From an uncultured virus (IMG/VR IMGVR_UViG_3300048006_000261) (Duplodnaviria; Heunggongvirae; Uroviricota; Caudoviricetes): a stretch of 20,000 bases of DNA. The position numbers were made by a program, and so were the translations under genes. The notes beneath the pieces were generated by a model. That model was not told the DNA's origin. It was given only the letters and a program-made list of their open reading frames with translations, and did no database searches. Positions 7,330 through 15,332 of the stretch are shown one piece after another; the stretch's first letter is position 1; each line of letters starts with the position of its first letter. Location of the stretch: IMG/VR virus record IMGVR_UViG_3300048006_000261; one strand, given 5' to 3'.

Positions 7330-8144
7330 TTCTTTTGATTATGTTTAAAGTAAGGCTTTCTCCAGTTTTGTGAATTTATTGGGAACCTTCTATTTATTAT
7401 TACTTGTTTTTTTGGTTTTTCTAACACATCGTGTAGATCAATCCATTCGTGCCTCTTGTTATCAGCTCTGTTTGTTATCTTAAACTTTTCTAAACTTTGA
7501 TTATCTTTATTAGTAAAGTGAACACTACATAATATTCTAGGTCCTATAGTTTCTACCTTGTGAAACTGATATTGAGGTATGTAAAGCATATCACCCTCGT
7601 CTAATATAAACTCTTCTAATATTTCTTTAGGCTTGTTAGGTACAAACTCTTTATATATCGTCCATTTAACTTTACCGCTTTGGTGAAACAAAAAATTATC
7701 AGTAGCATCACCGTGAGCAGGAAAGCTTTTAGATCCAGCTTTGGGTGAAACATATACATTAACTTGACCTTTTTTAAAGTACCTTTCAAACTCAAAAACA
7801 ACATCTAACAATTGTTTACTTTCGTATTCAGCAAATGGTATTACAAATGATTTACCTTTTTTCCAAAAATTATGTATACCTGCTTTGGTAAACATAGGTT
7901 GATTTGATTTTTTTCTTTTAACTTTATCAAAACACCATCTTTCATCTTTATCGTTATAATCAAGAACCTGAAGATGAGGTACGTTAGGGTATCTGTTTAT
8001 GTACTTAGTTAAATGACCCCAGTGAAACAAATCTTTAAATTTATTTCTTCTAATAACTAAATGTTTTTTACCCCAGTACTCTTTAAAAAATAAGTCTATT
8101 GGTATTGGATCTAGTATTTCTTTTAATGTTATTTCTTTTTTCAT
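7326..8144 (-). CDS. JmjC / Cupin_4 2-oxoglutarate-Fe(II) oxygenase (YcfD/RoxA-NO66-like core)
   Basis: FFKEYWGKKHLVIRR, NVYVSP...FPAHGD (HxD), GKVKW, LDEGDMLYIP..FH (distal His). Confidence 0.85.
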   Translation of the reverse strand: MKKEITLKEILDPIPIDLFFKEYWGKKHLVIRRNKFKDLFHWGHLTKYINRYPNVPHLQVLDYNDKDERWCFDKVKRKKSNQPMFTKAGIHNFWKKGKSFVIPFAEYESKQLLDVVFEFERYFKKGQVNVYVSPKAGSKSFPAHGDATDNFLFHQSGKVKWTIYKEFVPNKPKEILEEFILDEGDMLYIPQYQFHKVETIGPRILCSVHFTNKDNQSLEKFKITNRADNKRHEWIDLHDVLEKPKKQVIINRRFPINSQNWRKPYFKHNQKK

Positions 8145-8147
8145 ATT

Positions 8148-9869
8148 TTATCCGTCGCAGCTTAAACAGTTAGGGTCTATCGCTTGTTTAGCTATATCAC
8201 CTCTAAGAACTGATTCAGTTCTCATGTAATATAAAGTTTTAATTCCTTTTTTCCATGCATCTAAATGAACCTTATTTATAAATTTAGGTTCTGCTTCTGA
8301 TGGAAAAGCTAAGTTCAAACTAACAGATTGATCTATGTATTGTTGTCTTATTCCTGCTTGATTAATTAGTTCAAGTTGATTTATTTCTTTGAAAGTTTTG
8401 AAGACTTCTTTGAGTGGTATATCGTGATCGCCCAATGTAATTTTCTCTAATGCTTTTACGCCCTGCACCGAGCCCCCGTCCTTTAATATTTGGTCCCATA
8501 TTTTTTTATTGTTTAAATTGTTTTCTTCTAATACTTTTTCAAGAGTTGGATTTTTACGTATGAAAGTGCCTTTCGCAGACTGGTCTGTAAAAACATTAGC
8601 AGCCCAAGGCTCAATTCCAGGACTAATATTCCCAGATAACTTACTGTTACTAACAGTAGGAGCAATAGCTCTAAGATGAGTGTTCCTAAATCCTGTGCCA
8701 ACGCACCATAGTGGTTCGTTAAACGCTTCAGCCAAAGCCATACTAGCTCTTTCCGATTCAATTTTAATTTGACTAAAAATTCTTCTTGTTTCATATTGTG
8801 ATAATAAACCTTCAAAAGGTAATCCTTTTTGTTGTAAGTAAGTATGCCATCCAACTACGCCTAAACCAAGTGCTCTACCTTTTTCAGCAGATCTTACTGA
8901 GTTTTCAAACCCTCTTCTATTTTTTGCTTTCTGTATAAACTCTTCTAATACACCATCTAAAAACCATATACTATCGTATATTAAATTACTGTTTTTCCAC
9001 TCATGATATTTAGCTAGATTTAAACTAGATAAACAACAAATAAAACTATGGTTTTCATCTGTATGTAATGTAATTTCACTACATATATTAGTCATATGTA
9101 CTTTTAAAGCATTATCTTTATAAGCAGAAGGATTATTCTTATTAACGTTACCTTTAAACATTATATAAGGCTCTCCTGTAGCTTTACGCTTCTGTAATAG
9201 TTTACCCCATTTACGTCTAGAAACTTTATCTCCATCTCTAAGCTTTCTCATAAACTTATCACCAACTACAGCACATTGGTGTAGGTTAAGTGATTGTCTA
9301 TTTACATCTCCTTTAGGTTCTCTTATTTCTAACCAGTCTTCAAAATCAGCATGTTCAATATTTATATTAACAGAGGCAGCACCTCTTCTAACTGACCCTT
9401 GGTTTGTAGCTAGTATTGTAGAGTCATATATCTTACAAAAAGGCACAACACCATCTGATGTACCATTGCCTGTTATATTAGCACCTGCAGGTCTAATTTG
9501 ATTTATACCTATACCAACACCTCCACCGTGCTTGGCTAGTAACATCATTTCTAAATTCTTTTGGCCTATATCGATTATGCTATCTGCAACATCAATACCA
9601 AAACAACTTATTGGAAAACCTTTATCAGTACCAGTGTTACTAAGCACAGGGCTAGCAAGACAAAGCCAACCTTTCCAGATGTAATCAAAAAAGATGTCCT
9701 CCATTTCTTTTTTCTGTAATCTATTCGCAACTGTTTTAGCAACTCTTCTGTACGCTTGTCTTGGTGTTTCATCTTCTAATAAATATCCTCCTTGTATTGT
9801 TTTTTTATATACGTCGGACTCTGCCCAACTTGGGTAATCTATACCCTTTTTCCATCTATTGCTCCACAT
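8148..9869 (-). CDS. nrdA: Ribonucleotide reductase class I alpha subunit, compact, no ATP cone
   Basis: SPVLSN, PISCF, GGGVG, TNICSEI, CCLSS, IAPTVSNS, TLYY and C-terminal CLSC. Confidence 0.95.
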   Translation of the reverse strand: MWSNRWKKGIDYPSWAESDVYKKTIQGGYLLEDETPRQAYRRVAKTVANRLQKKEMEDIFFDYIWKGWLCLASPVLSNTGTDKGFPISCFGIDVADSIIDIGQKNLEMMLLAKHGGGVGIGINQIRPAGANITGNGTSDGVVPFCKIYDSTILATNQGSVRRGAASVNINIEHADFEDWLEIREPKGDVNRQSLNLHQCAVVGDKFMRKLRDGDKVSRRKWGKLLQKRKATGEPYIMFKGNVNKNNPSAYKDNALKVHMTNICSEITLHTDENHSFICCLSSLNLAKYHEWKNSNLIYDSIWFLDGVLEEFIQKAKNRRGFENSVRSAEKGRALGLGVVGWHTYLQQKGLPFEGLLSQYETRRIFSQIKIESERASMALAEAFNEPLWCVGTGFRNTHLRAIAPTVSNSKLSGNISPGIEPWAANVFTDQSAKGTFIRKNPTLEKVLEENNLNNKKIWDQILKDGGSVQGVKALEKITLGDHDIPLKEVFKTFKEINQLELINQAGIRQQYIDQSVSLNLAFPSEAEPKFINKVHLDAWKKGIKTLYYMRTESVLRGDIAKQAIDPNCLSCDG

Positions 9870-9870
9870 A

Positions 9871-10122
9871 TTATGTTATTAAGTGTTTTATCCAAGCAAA
9901 TAAACCATTAAGGTTTAATGCTACTAAATTCCATTGTTTTCTTGATCCTGTCTGTACCATAACACAAATAAAACCTATTATATATAACCAAGGTTCTAAT
10001 GTCCATTGTGCGGCTACTAGAAAACCGGCACCCATATATCCAATACGGGTTGCCATCCTTTCTAATACTGTTAATTGTCTTTTTCTTTCGACAAGAAACT
10101 TTTTAAATTTATAACTTACCAT
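9871..10122 (-). CDS. Small multi-TM membrane protein between nrdB and nrdA
   Basis: Fills the gap with tight coupling to both genes. About three short hydrophobic segments. Confidence 0.65.
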   Translation of the reverse strand: MVSYKFKKFLVERKRQLTVLERMATRIGYMGAGFLVAAQWTLEPWLYIIGFICVMVQTGSRKQWNLVALNLNGLFAWIKHLIT

Positions 10123-11084
10123 ACATCTTCAAAATCTTCTCCTTCATTCGCCTTACTATAGTCAGTCGACCTAATCGCGAAAAAATCAGTGTGGGTATGA
10201 CCCCCAGTAAGATGATAGAACCAATCCAAATTACCCGCTGCTTTTTCGTCATATGAGAAGTACGATCCGAGATCCACGTAACCAAGTTCTTGTAATTTTT
10301 CATTAGTTCTTTTTCTTATAAATTGTTTTAGGTCATAAGACTTTATACCATCTATATCACCCATTTCAAACATCTTTTCTATATACTTTTCTTCTAATTC
10401 AACCATTATCTTAGCTGCATCTACAATATCTTCTCTACAGTCTTCTAATAAATCTTTATCTTCTTCGCACATGTGTCTAAACAATTGACAACCCATACGG
10501 CTGTGTAAAGATTCATCTCTAACTGACCATTTCATTTGTTGGCCAATACCTTTAAGTAAATTACGTAGCTGAAAGCTATACAAAACGGCAAAAGCAGAGT
10601 ATAAAGAAACTCCTTCTGCGAAAGCAGAGAAAACAGCCAGTGACTTTGCGATACCTCTTTTATCGTCGCCATCATATGCAACGAGGTTATCAAAACGCTC
10701 AGCCGTAGCTGGTTCATGAAGAAACGCTTCATAATCTTCTAGTTTTAATGTTTCGTTTAAATAACTATATGCTACAGCATGTACAGTTTCCTGTGAGCCA
10801 AACATCATAGCCATTTGTTGTATCTCGTGCTTTGGAAACCACGATACTACTTTCTGAGTCCAGTAATCACTTACTGCACATTCAGTCTGAGCAAAACCTA
10901 GTAAGATGTTTCCTACTAGGTGTTTCTCTTTTGCTGTTAAAGACTCGTTCCAGTCCTTAACATCTCCACTCATAGGTATTTCAGTATGTAACCAAAATGC
11001 TTGAGCTTGTTTTAACCAACCTTCAGTATAGTACTCAGGGTAGTCAAATGGTTTATATGCAATACGTTTGTCGAATAATCCCAT
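10116..11084 (-). CDS. nrdB: Ribonucleotide reductase class I beta subunit
   Basis: FWLHTE, AQTE, ETVHAVAY, AEGVSLYSAF, RDESLH, DFFAIRSTDY. Confidence 0.95.
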   Translation of the reverse strand: MGLFDKRIAYKPFDYPEYYTEGWLKQAQAFWLHTEIPMSGDVKDWNESLTAKEKHLVGNILLGFAQTECAVSDYWTQKVVSWFPKHEIQQMAMMFGSQETVHAVAYSYLNETLKLEDYEAFLHEPATAERFDNLVAYDGDDKRGIAKSLAVFSAFAEGVSLYSAFAVLYSFQLRNLLKGIGQQMKWSVRDESLHSRMGCQLFRHMCEEDKDLLEDCREDIVDAAKIMVELEEKYIEKMFEMGDIDGIKSYDLKQFIRKRTNEKLQELGYVDLGSYFSYDEKAAGNLDWFYHLTGGHTHTDFFAIRSTDYSKANEGEDFEDVW

Positions 11085-11085
11085 G

Positions 11086-11226
11086 TTAATAATATAAAGT
11101 TAAACAAATATCAAATACGCCCACGTAAATTACGTGATCTATCTTATTACCATCTGGGTACTGTCTGTATCCAAATAATATTCCATTAAATAAGCCAAAG
11201 CTTAATTCCCAATTACTTTCTTCCAT
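11086..11226 (-). CDS. 46-aa hypothetical protein (not in ORF track)
   Basis: MEESNWELSFGLFNGILFGYRQYPDGNKIDHVIYVGVFDICLTLYY*. Fills the gap, and its stop lies 1 nt before the nrdB ATG. Confidence 0.65.
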   Translation of the reverse strand: MEESNWELSFGLFNGILFGYRQYPDGNKIDHVIYVGVFDICLTLYY

Positions 11227-11671
11227 CTATTTTTTTTATTAGTTCTACGGTCATATCACATTCTTTTTGGTTTTGAGGTTTATACAAAGTAAAAGGTCCT
11301 ACTCTATCATTTGCTATCAGCCTTTTAAATAATTTCCATCTCATTGGAAAAGACTCATTAGCTCTACCCTTTGTTTCAATTATAAAACCTTTACCTATAA
11401 AATCAGGTGTGTATTTTATATTTAAAATCTTTTTATTACCTCTATTTTTATATTCACCTTTACCATTGCCGCATCTTTCGTATGCTTCAAAAGGGAAATC
11501 AAAACCCTCTACTAGTTCAAATGTTTGTCCTTCGTAAAGAGCTTTAATGTTCGCTTTTTTTAAAGCCATGTACATATAACGTTCTAGTCCTGACGCAAAA
11601 GTAATACCGTCGTAAGTTATTTTCTTTGACTGTACAGGACCTTTTTTTCTTTTATAAAACTTCTTTTTCAT
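11213..11671 (-). CDS. T7 endonuclease I-like PD-(D/E)xK nuclease / resolvase
   Basis: FASGLE, KYTPDF, IIETKG. Confidence 0.8.
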   Translation of the reverse strand: MKKKFYKRKKGPVQSKKITYDGITFASGLERYMYMALKKANIKALYEGQTFELVEGFDFPFEAYERCGNGKGEYKNRGNKKILNIKYTPDFIGKGFIIETKGRANESFPMRWKLFKRLIANDRVGPFTLYKPQNQKECDMTVELIKKIDGRK

Positions 11672-11939
11672 TGACGTCTATATTAGTTACATCTGCTGTG
11701 AATCTTTTATAGGCTACTTCTTCTATTTCATCGTTTAAACATCTTCTAGCTGCTTGTATGTACAGTATTGCATCCATTAATTCTTCTTGTACATCAATAA
11801 GAAATCTATTAAGATCTTTTTCTTCACCCTCAATCTCTTGCATCATTGTAGCGCCATATTTCTTTTGGCCTATTAAACTACGTTCGTCCATCTTTTTTAA
11901 GACTTGTTGAACTATTTTATCTTCTGTTTTAATCCTCAT
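11652..11939 (-). CDS. Small all-alpha protein, possible NTP-pyrophosphatase (MazG-superfamily)-like
   Basis: RSLIGQKKYG...VQEELMDAILY contains an EExxD acidic helix motif. Confidence 0.5.
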   Translation of the reverse strand: MRIKTEDKIVQQVLKKMDERSLIGQKKYGATMMQEIEGEEKDLNRFLIDVQEELMDAILYIQAARRCLNDEIEEVAYKRFTADVTNIDVNEKEVL

Positions 11940-12735
11940 CTTTCACAAATGTTCCGTTAATCATCTTGCCTGTTCTCTTGTTTATCACGTCGTATGCTGT
12001 TGCTATACACCTTTCAATTTTAACACCTTCTAAATGTGCTAGATTTGTGAGTACAACAACCATATCACCAATAGCATCTATAACTTCTGGCTTATCCTTC
12101 TTTAATAAAGCCTTTGCAAGTTCTCCAGCTTCTTCTTGTAGTTTAACATATTGTGTGTGTGAATTACCCTGTTGATATAATCCTCTTATTAATGCCCATT
12201 TTCTAATTTTATCAAATATACTTGATTTGCTAGTGGCTGATTCATTGTGTAACATTTCATGAACAACAGCGTGTTCATATTCAATAGGGTTTTTTTGAAA
12301 GTTTGACATAGCTTTATTATATACGTAGCTTCTGTCATTGTTAAACATAGAGGTTTTAACGTTTTGCATGATCCAATTAATTAGATCTAATGTTAGTTTA
12401 AAATCCCCGTGTTCTGTTTCCCATGCCATACCAATGTTATCCATTAGTTGTCCTTTAAGTTTATTGACTGGACAAGGAAAAGTCGTGGTTTGTTCGGTCA
12501 CGTTTATCTTCATATTTTTATTTGGTTTAAGGTTTCTATAAGGTACTAGATCTACTCTGTACCCATACTCTTTTTGTCTCTCAAGCTCTAAACAAGATAT
12601 ATAATCTATATCCTCTGAGCTTTCTAATATTTCATACTCATCAGGTGAATATCCTTGTTGAACTGTGACCCGGTTATTAAGATCACAGGTAACGCCAATT
12701 TTTTTACCTGGTATATGATATAAATAATATGTCAT
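11929..12735 (-). CDS. Multi-domain protein: GIY-YIG-like N-terminus, unknown middle domain, C-terminal MazG-like pyrophosphatase
   Basis: N-terminus YYLYHIPGKKIGVTCDLNNR. C-terminus KLQEEAGELAKA...VIDAIGDMVVVL...YDVINKRTGKMINGTFVK. Confidence 0.75.
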   Translation of the reverse strand: MTYYLYHIPGKKIGVTCDLNNRVTVQQGYSPDEYEILESSEDIDYISCLELERQKEYGYRVDLVPYRNLKPNKNMKINVTEQTTTFPCPVNKLKGQLMDNIGMAWETEHGDFKLTLDLINWIMQNVKTSMFNNDRSYVYNKAMSNFQKNPIEYEHAVVHEMLHNESATSKSSIFDKIRKWALIRGLYQQGNSHTQYVKLQEEAGELAKALLKKDKPEVIDAIGDMVVVLTNLAHLEGVKIERCIATAYDVINKRTGKMINGTFVKDED

Positions 12736-13373
12736 AATTTGTCGTTATATATATGCATGTTATGTGCGTGATGGTAATACCATCCGACGTCAATAGACAG
12801 TCTCTCTGCAATCATTTTTTGTAATGATGAAAATTGATATTGATCGTTACAGAAACCGTACCAGATGTCATTAGAACGCATATAAACAGACATATTTAGT
12901 TTATTGTCTATTATTGTAAATTGTATTGCATAGGTACAAGGTGTATCGTTACGATACTTATCAAACTCTTTGCAATCATATATACTAATAGCCGCGTGTC
13001 TAGTATTGGGGTTTTCTCTTAATTTACCAACTACATAATCTATTTGATTATTACGTTGCCATTGATAACCGTAGTTACTATTTACTTCTCTATCGCTATT
13101 AGCCATCTTTTCCCATATAGGTGGAACTTTACCATACAGTTCACCTAACTTGTCTATACTAGGATCGCCTGATAAATACCATTGCCATTCGGCTTCTGCA
13201 TATTCATGAGACCATTTTCTGAATTTGTTTTTGATATGATTGTCTAATGGATCTTCTATTGTGAAGCCTACATTAAACAAAGCTTTAGTATTATCAAAAT
13301 CTACACCTTCAGTAATTAAGTCGTGCATTACACAGTTGAAAGCCTCGTTTGCATTTAAAAATTTATTTCGCAT
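12732..13373 (-). CDS. Thymidylate-synthase-fold enzyme, T4 gp42-like dCMP hydroxymethylase/methylase
   Basis: Likely start is ATG 13373 (MRNKFL, 213 aa). Motifs EWQWY, PPIWEKMA..EVNSNYG, DTPCT, MRSNDIWYGFCND, HNMHIY. Asp at the pyrimidine specificity position. Confidence 0.8.
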   Translation of the reverse strand: MRNKFLNANEAFNCVMHDLITEGVDFDNTKALFNVGFTIEDPLDNHIKNKFRKWSHEYAEAEWQWYLSGDPSIDKLGELYGKVPPIWEKMANSDREVNSNYGYQWQRNNQIDYVVGKLRENPNTRHAAISIYDCKEFDKYRNDTPCTYAIQFTIIDNKLNMSVYMRSNDIWYGFCNDQYQFSSLQKMIAERLSIDVGWYYHHAHNMHIYNDKL

Positions 13374-13608
13374 ATTTTTCGTAATAATATTTATAATAGT
13401 TAAATATAACTTCCCATAGTTCTCTGGAATCATAGTATTTAGGTGATCTGTTGACCTTACCATTTATCTGTATATCTATATACCAACTCATAAAGTTTTC
13501 TTTACAAAATGGAGATATGTATATTCCATTGTTTATACACCAATGATAGCATTTAAATTCGTAGCTATCATATGAGTATGCGGGTTGTTTTTGTTTTTTC
13601 TTTCTCAT
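13363..13608 (-). CDS. Hypothetical aromatic-rich protein (81 aa)
   Basis: ATG at 13608 overlaps the primase stop (ATGA). Fills the gap to the next gene. Confidence 0.65.
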   Translation of the reverse strand: MRKKKQKQPAYSYDSYEFKCYHWCINNGIYISPFCKENFMSWYIDIQINGKVNRSPKYYDSRELWEVIFNYYKYYYEKYAK

Positions 13609-15323
13609 GCTTCCCAAGGCATTGGCTCAGTTTCATCTACAGCATTTAACTGTGGTATAAATGAACCAGACCTGTGTTCCCATGTAAAAAACGATTCAGC
13701 GCCATTTTCACCTAGATTTTGAAACTTACATTTTAATACTTTTACTTTAGTATTTTTAGCTTCATAATCTCTATGTACTAACAGACCGTGATAACTAGCA
13801 TCATACCATTCACCACCACCTTTTATGTTGTACATTGTAGGTTCTTCTATTTTACCATCTTGGCCTTTATACATTTTAGTTGGATGTGCTACTATAAACG
13901 TTAAAACATCATACTTTTTACAAAAGGCTTCTATCTTTGCTAGATAGTCCATAGTATATCTGTTCACATCATCTGAAACTGCATTTGTATCTCTAACCTT
14001 ATTAAACGGATCAATAACTAAACATTTAATACCTTTACGTTTAACTAGCTCAGCACCTTTACGTAATACTGATTCTAAGCTATACTTATCCATATCTATA
14101 AAATAATAGTTATCATTTACATGATCTGAAACTTCTTTCCATTTGCTATTACCTATATCACCAGGCGCAGGCATATCACCCCAAGTCTTACGCATAAGCT
14201 TGTGGGCGTGTAAATAAATAGGTGCGTTTTCAGGACTAGCAAAAGCTGTCTTCCAACCATACTGTTTATTATAACCAACTACCATCTGATCAACGAAGTC
14301 AGACTTTCCGCTACTAGGTATCCCAGTAACAGTGATGAACTGCCCAGTATAAGTACTAAAAACATCGTCAAAATTAGACAGCCCAACTTGGAAGCCAGGT
14401 TTGAAACCATTTTTAACAAAATCTTTAAGTTCATTTTCTATATTTTTTAGTGTTGTTACATTTTCTAAAGGTACTGGTTGCGCCGTGTGTATAGCAGAAC
14501 GTAAAGCATCTACTCCGTGTTTTAGTAAATACTCGTTAGAATCTTTGCAGTCTACAAAATCTACTATAAAACAATTTTCAGCACCTAACCTACGTATAAA
14601 CTCTTGTTTAAGCATTTGGCCAGGTTCATCAGCATCAACCGCTAGTATTATCTTTTCTTTGTCATCAAAATAATCTATACAGTTATCAAGATAGTCTAAA
14701 TTATTGTGGTTTAACGTTGCACCGTTTGGTACTGATATTACGTTAGGCACACCTGCCTCGTGTAGGGCTAGAACGTCCATTTCGCCTTCAACTATAACAC
14801 AACTGTTATGACCTACAATACTGTTAATATTGTAAAATACTTTTTCAGCTCCTTTGTATAGTTTAAAGTTTTTACGTCCATCTCTATATTTTACATTGAT
14901 AAGTTGATTACCTATGTAATAGTTAAATTTTATTGTATTCTCAGTCTTACCTGTCTGTGGCATAAACTCAGGACCCTCGCTGACATCTAAGTCAATGAGA
15001 GTCTTCTGAGATATACCTCGAGACTTAAACCAATCAACAACTTTACTACTTGGTACCGTAAGCTCTTGAGCTACAGGGCGAACGTATTCACGATCGCTAG
15101 TACCTTTACGTTGATACGTGTGTAGTTGAAAAGTTGAATCACAGTTGTGACAAGTACCGAGACCACGTTCCCAATCATAAGAAGCACATTTAAGCTTTTT
15201 GTTTTTAGGCTTTCTAGTGTGTGAGCACAAAGGACAAGTCCCTTGCGTCTTACCAACTTCTAGCTTGTGTTGATTGAACTCATCAATCTTAAACCCATTG
15301 ATCTCTATTTCTTCTACTTGCAT
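13605..15323 (-). CDS. T7 gp4/Twinkle-like primase-helicase
   Basis: Zn finger CPLC...CHNC, TOPRIM IVEGEMD and AVDADEPG, Walker A GIPSSGKS, Walker B LVIDPF, VAHP. Confidence 0.95.
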   Translation of the reverse strand: MQVEEIEINGFKIDEFNQHKLEVGKTQGTCPLCSHTRKPKNKKLKCASYDWERGLGTCHNCDSTFQLHTYQRKGTSDREYVRPVAQELTVPSSKVVDWFKSRGISQKTLIDLDVSEGPEFMPQTGKTENTIKFNYYIGNQLINVKYRDGRKNFKLYKGAEKVFYNINSIVGHNSCVIVEGEMDVLALHEAGVPNVISVPNGATLNHNNLDYLDNCIDYFDDKEKIILAVDADEPGQMLKQEFIRRLGAENCFIVDFVDCKDSNEYLLKHGVDALRSAIHTAQPVPLENVTTLKNIENELKDFVKNGFKPGFQVGLSNFDDVFSTYTGQFITVTGIPSSGKSDFVDQMVVGYNKQYGWKTAFASPENAPIYLHAHKLMRKTWGDMPAPGDIGNSKWKEVSDHVNDNYYFIDMDKYSLESVLRKGAELVKRKGIKCLVIDPFNKVRDTNAVSDDVNRYTMDYLAKIEAFCKKYDVLTFIVAHPTKMYKGQDGKIEEPTMYNIKGGGEWYDASYHGLLVHRDYEAKNTKVKVLKCKFQNLGENGAESFFTWEHRSGSFIPQLNAVDETEPMPWEA

Positions 15324-15332
15324 TTAATTTAA

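Noticed and set aside
8148..11084. Intron or intein in nrdA/nrdB
   Set aside because: Both ORFs are continuous and compact, with no intein or homing-endonuclease motifs.
12732..13463. Calling this ORF canonical thyA with a start at 13463
   Set aside because: The specificity residue is Asp and the motifs are gp42-like. The extra 30 codons lie inside the upstream gene, and ATG 13373 fits better.
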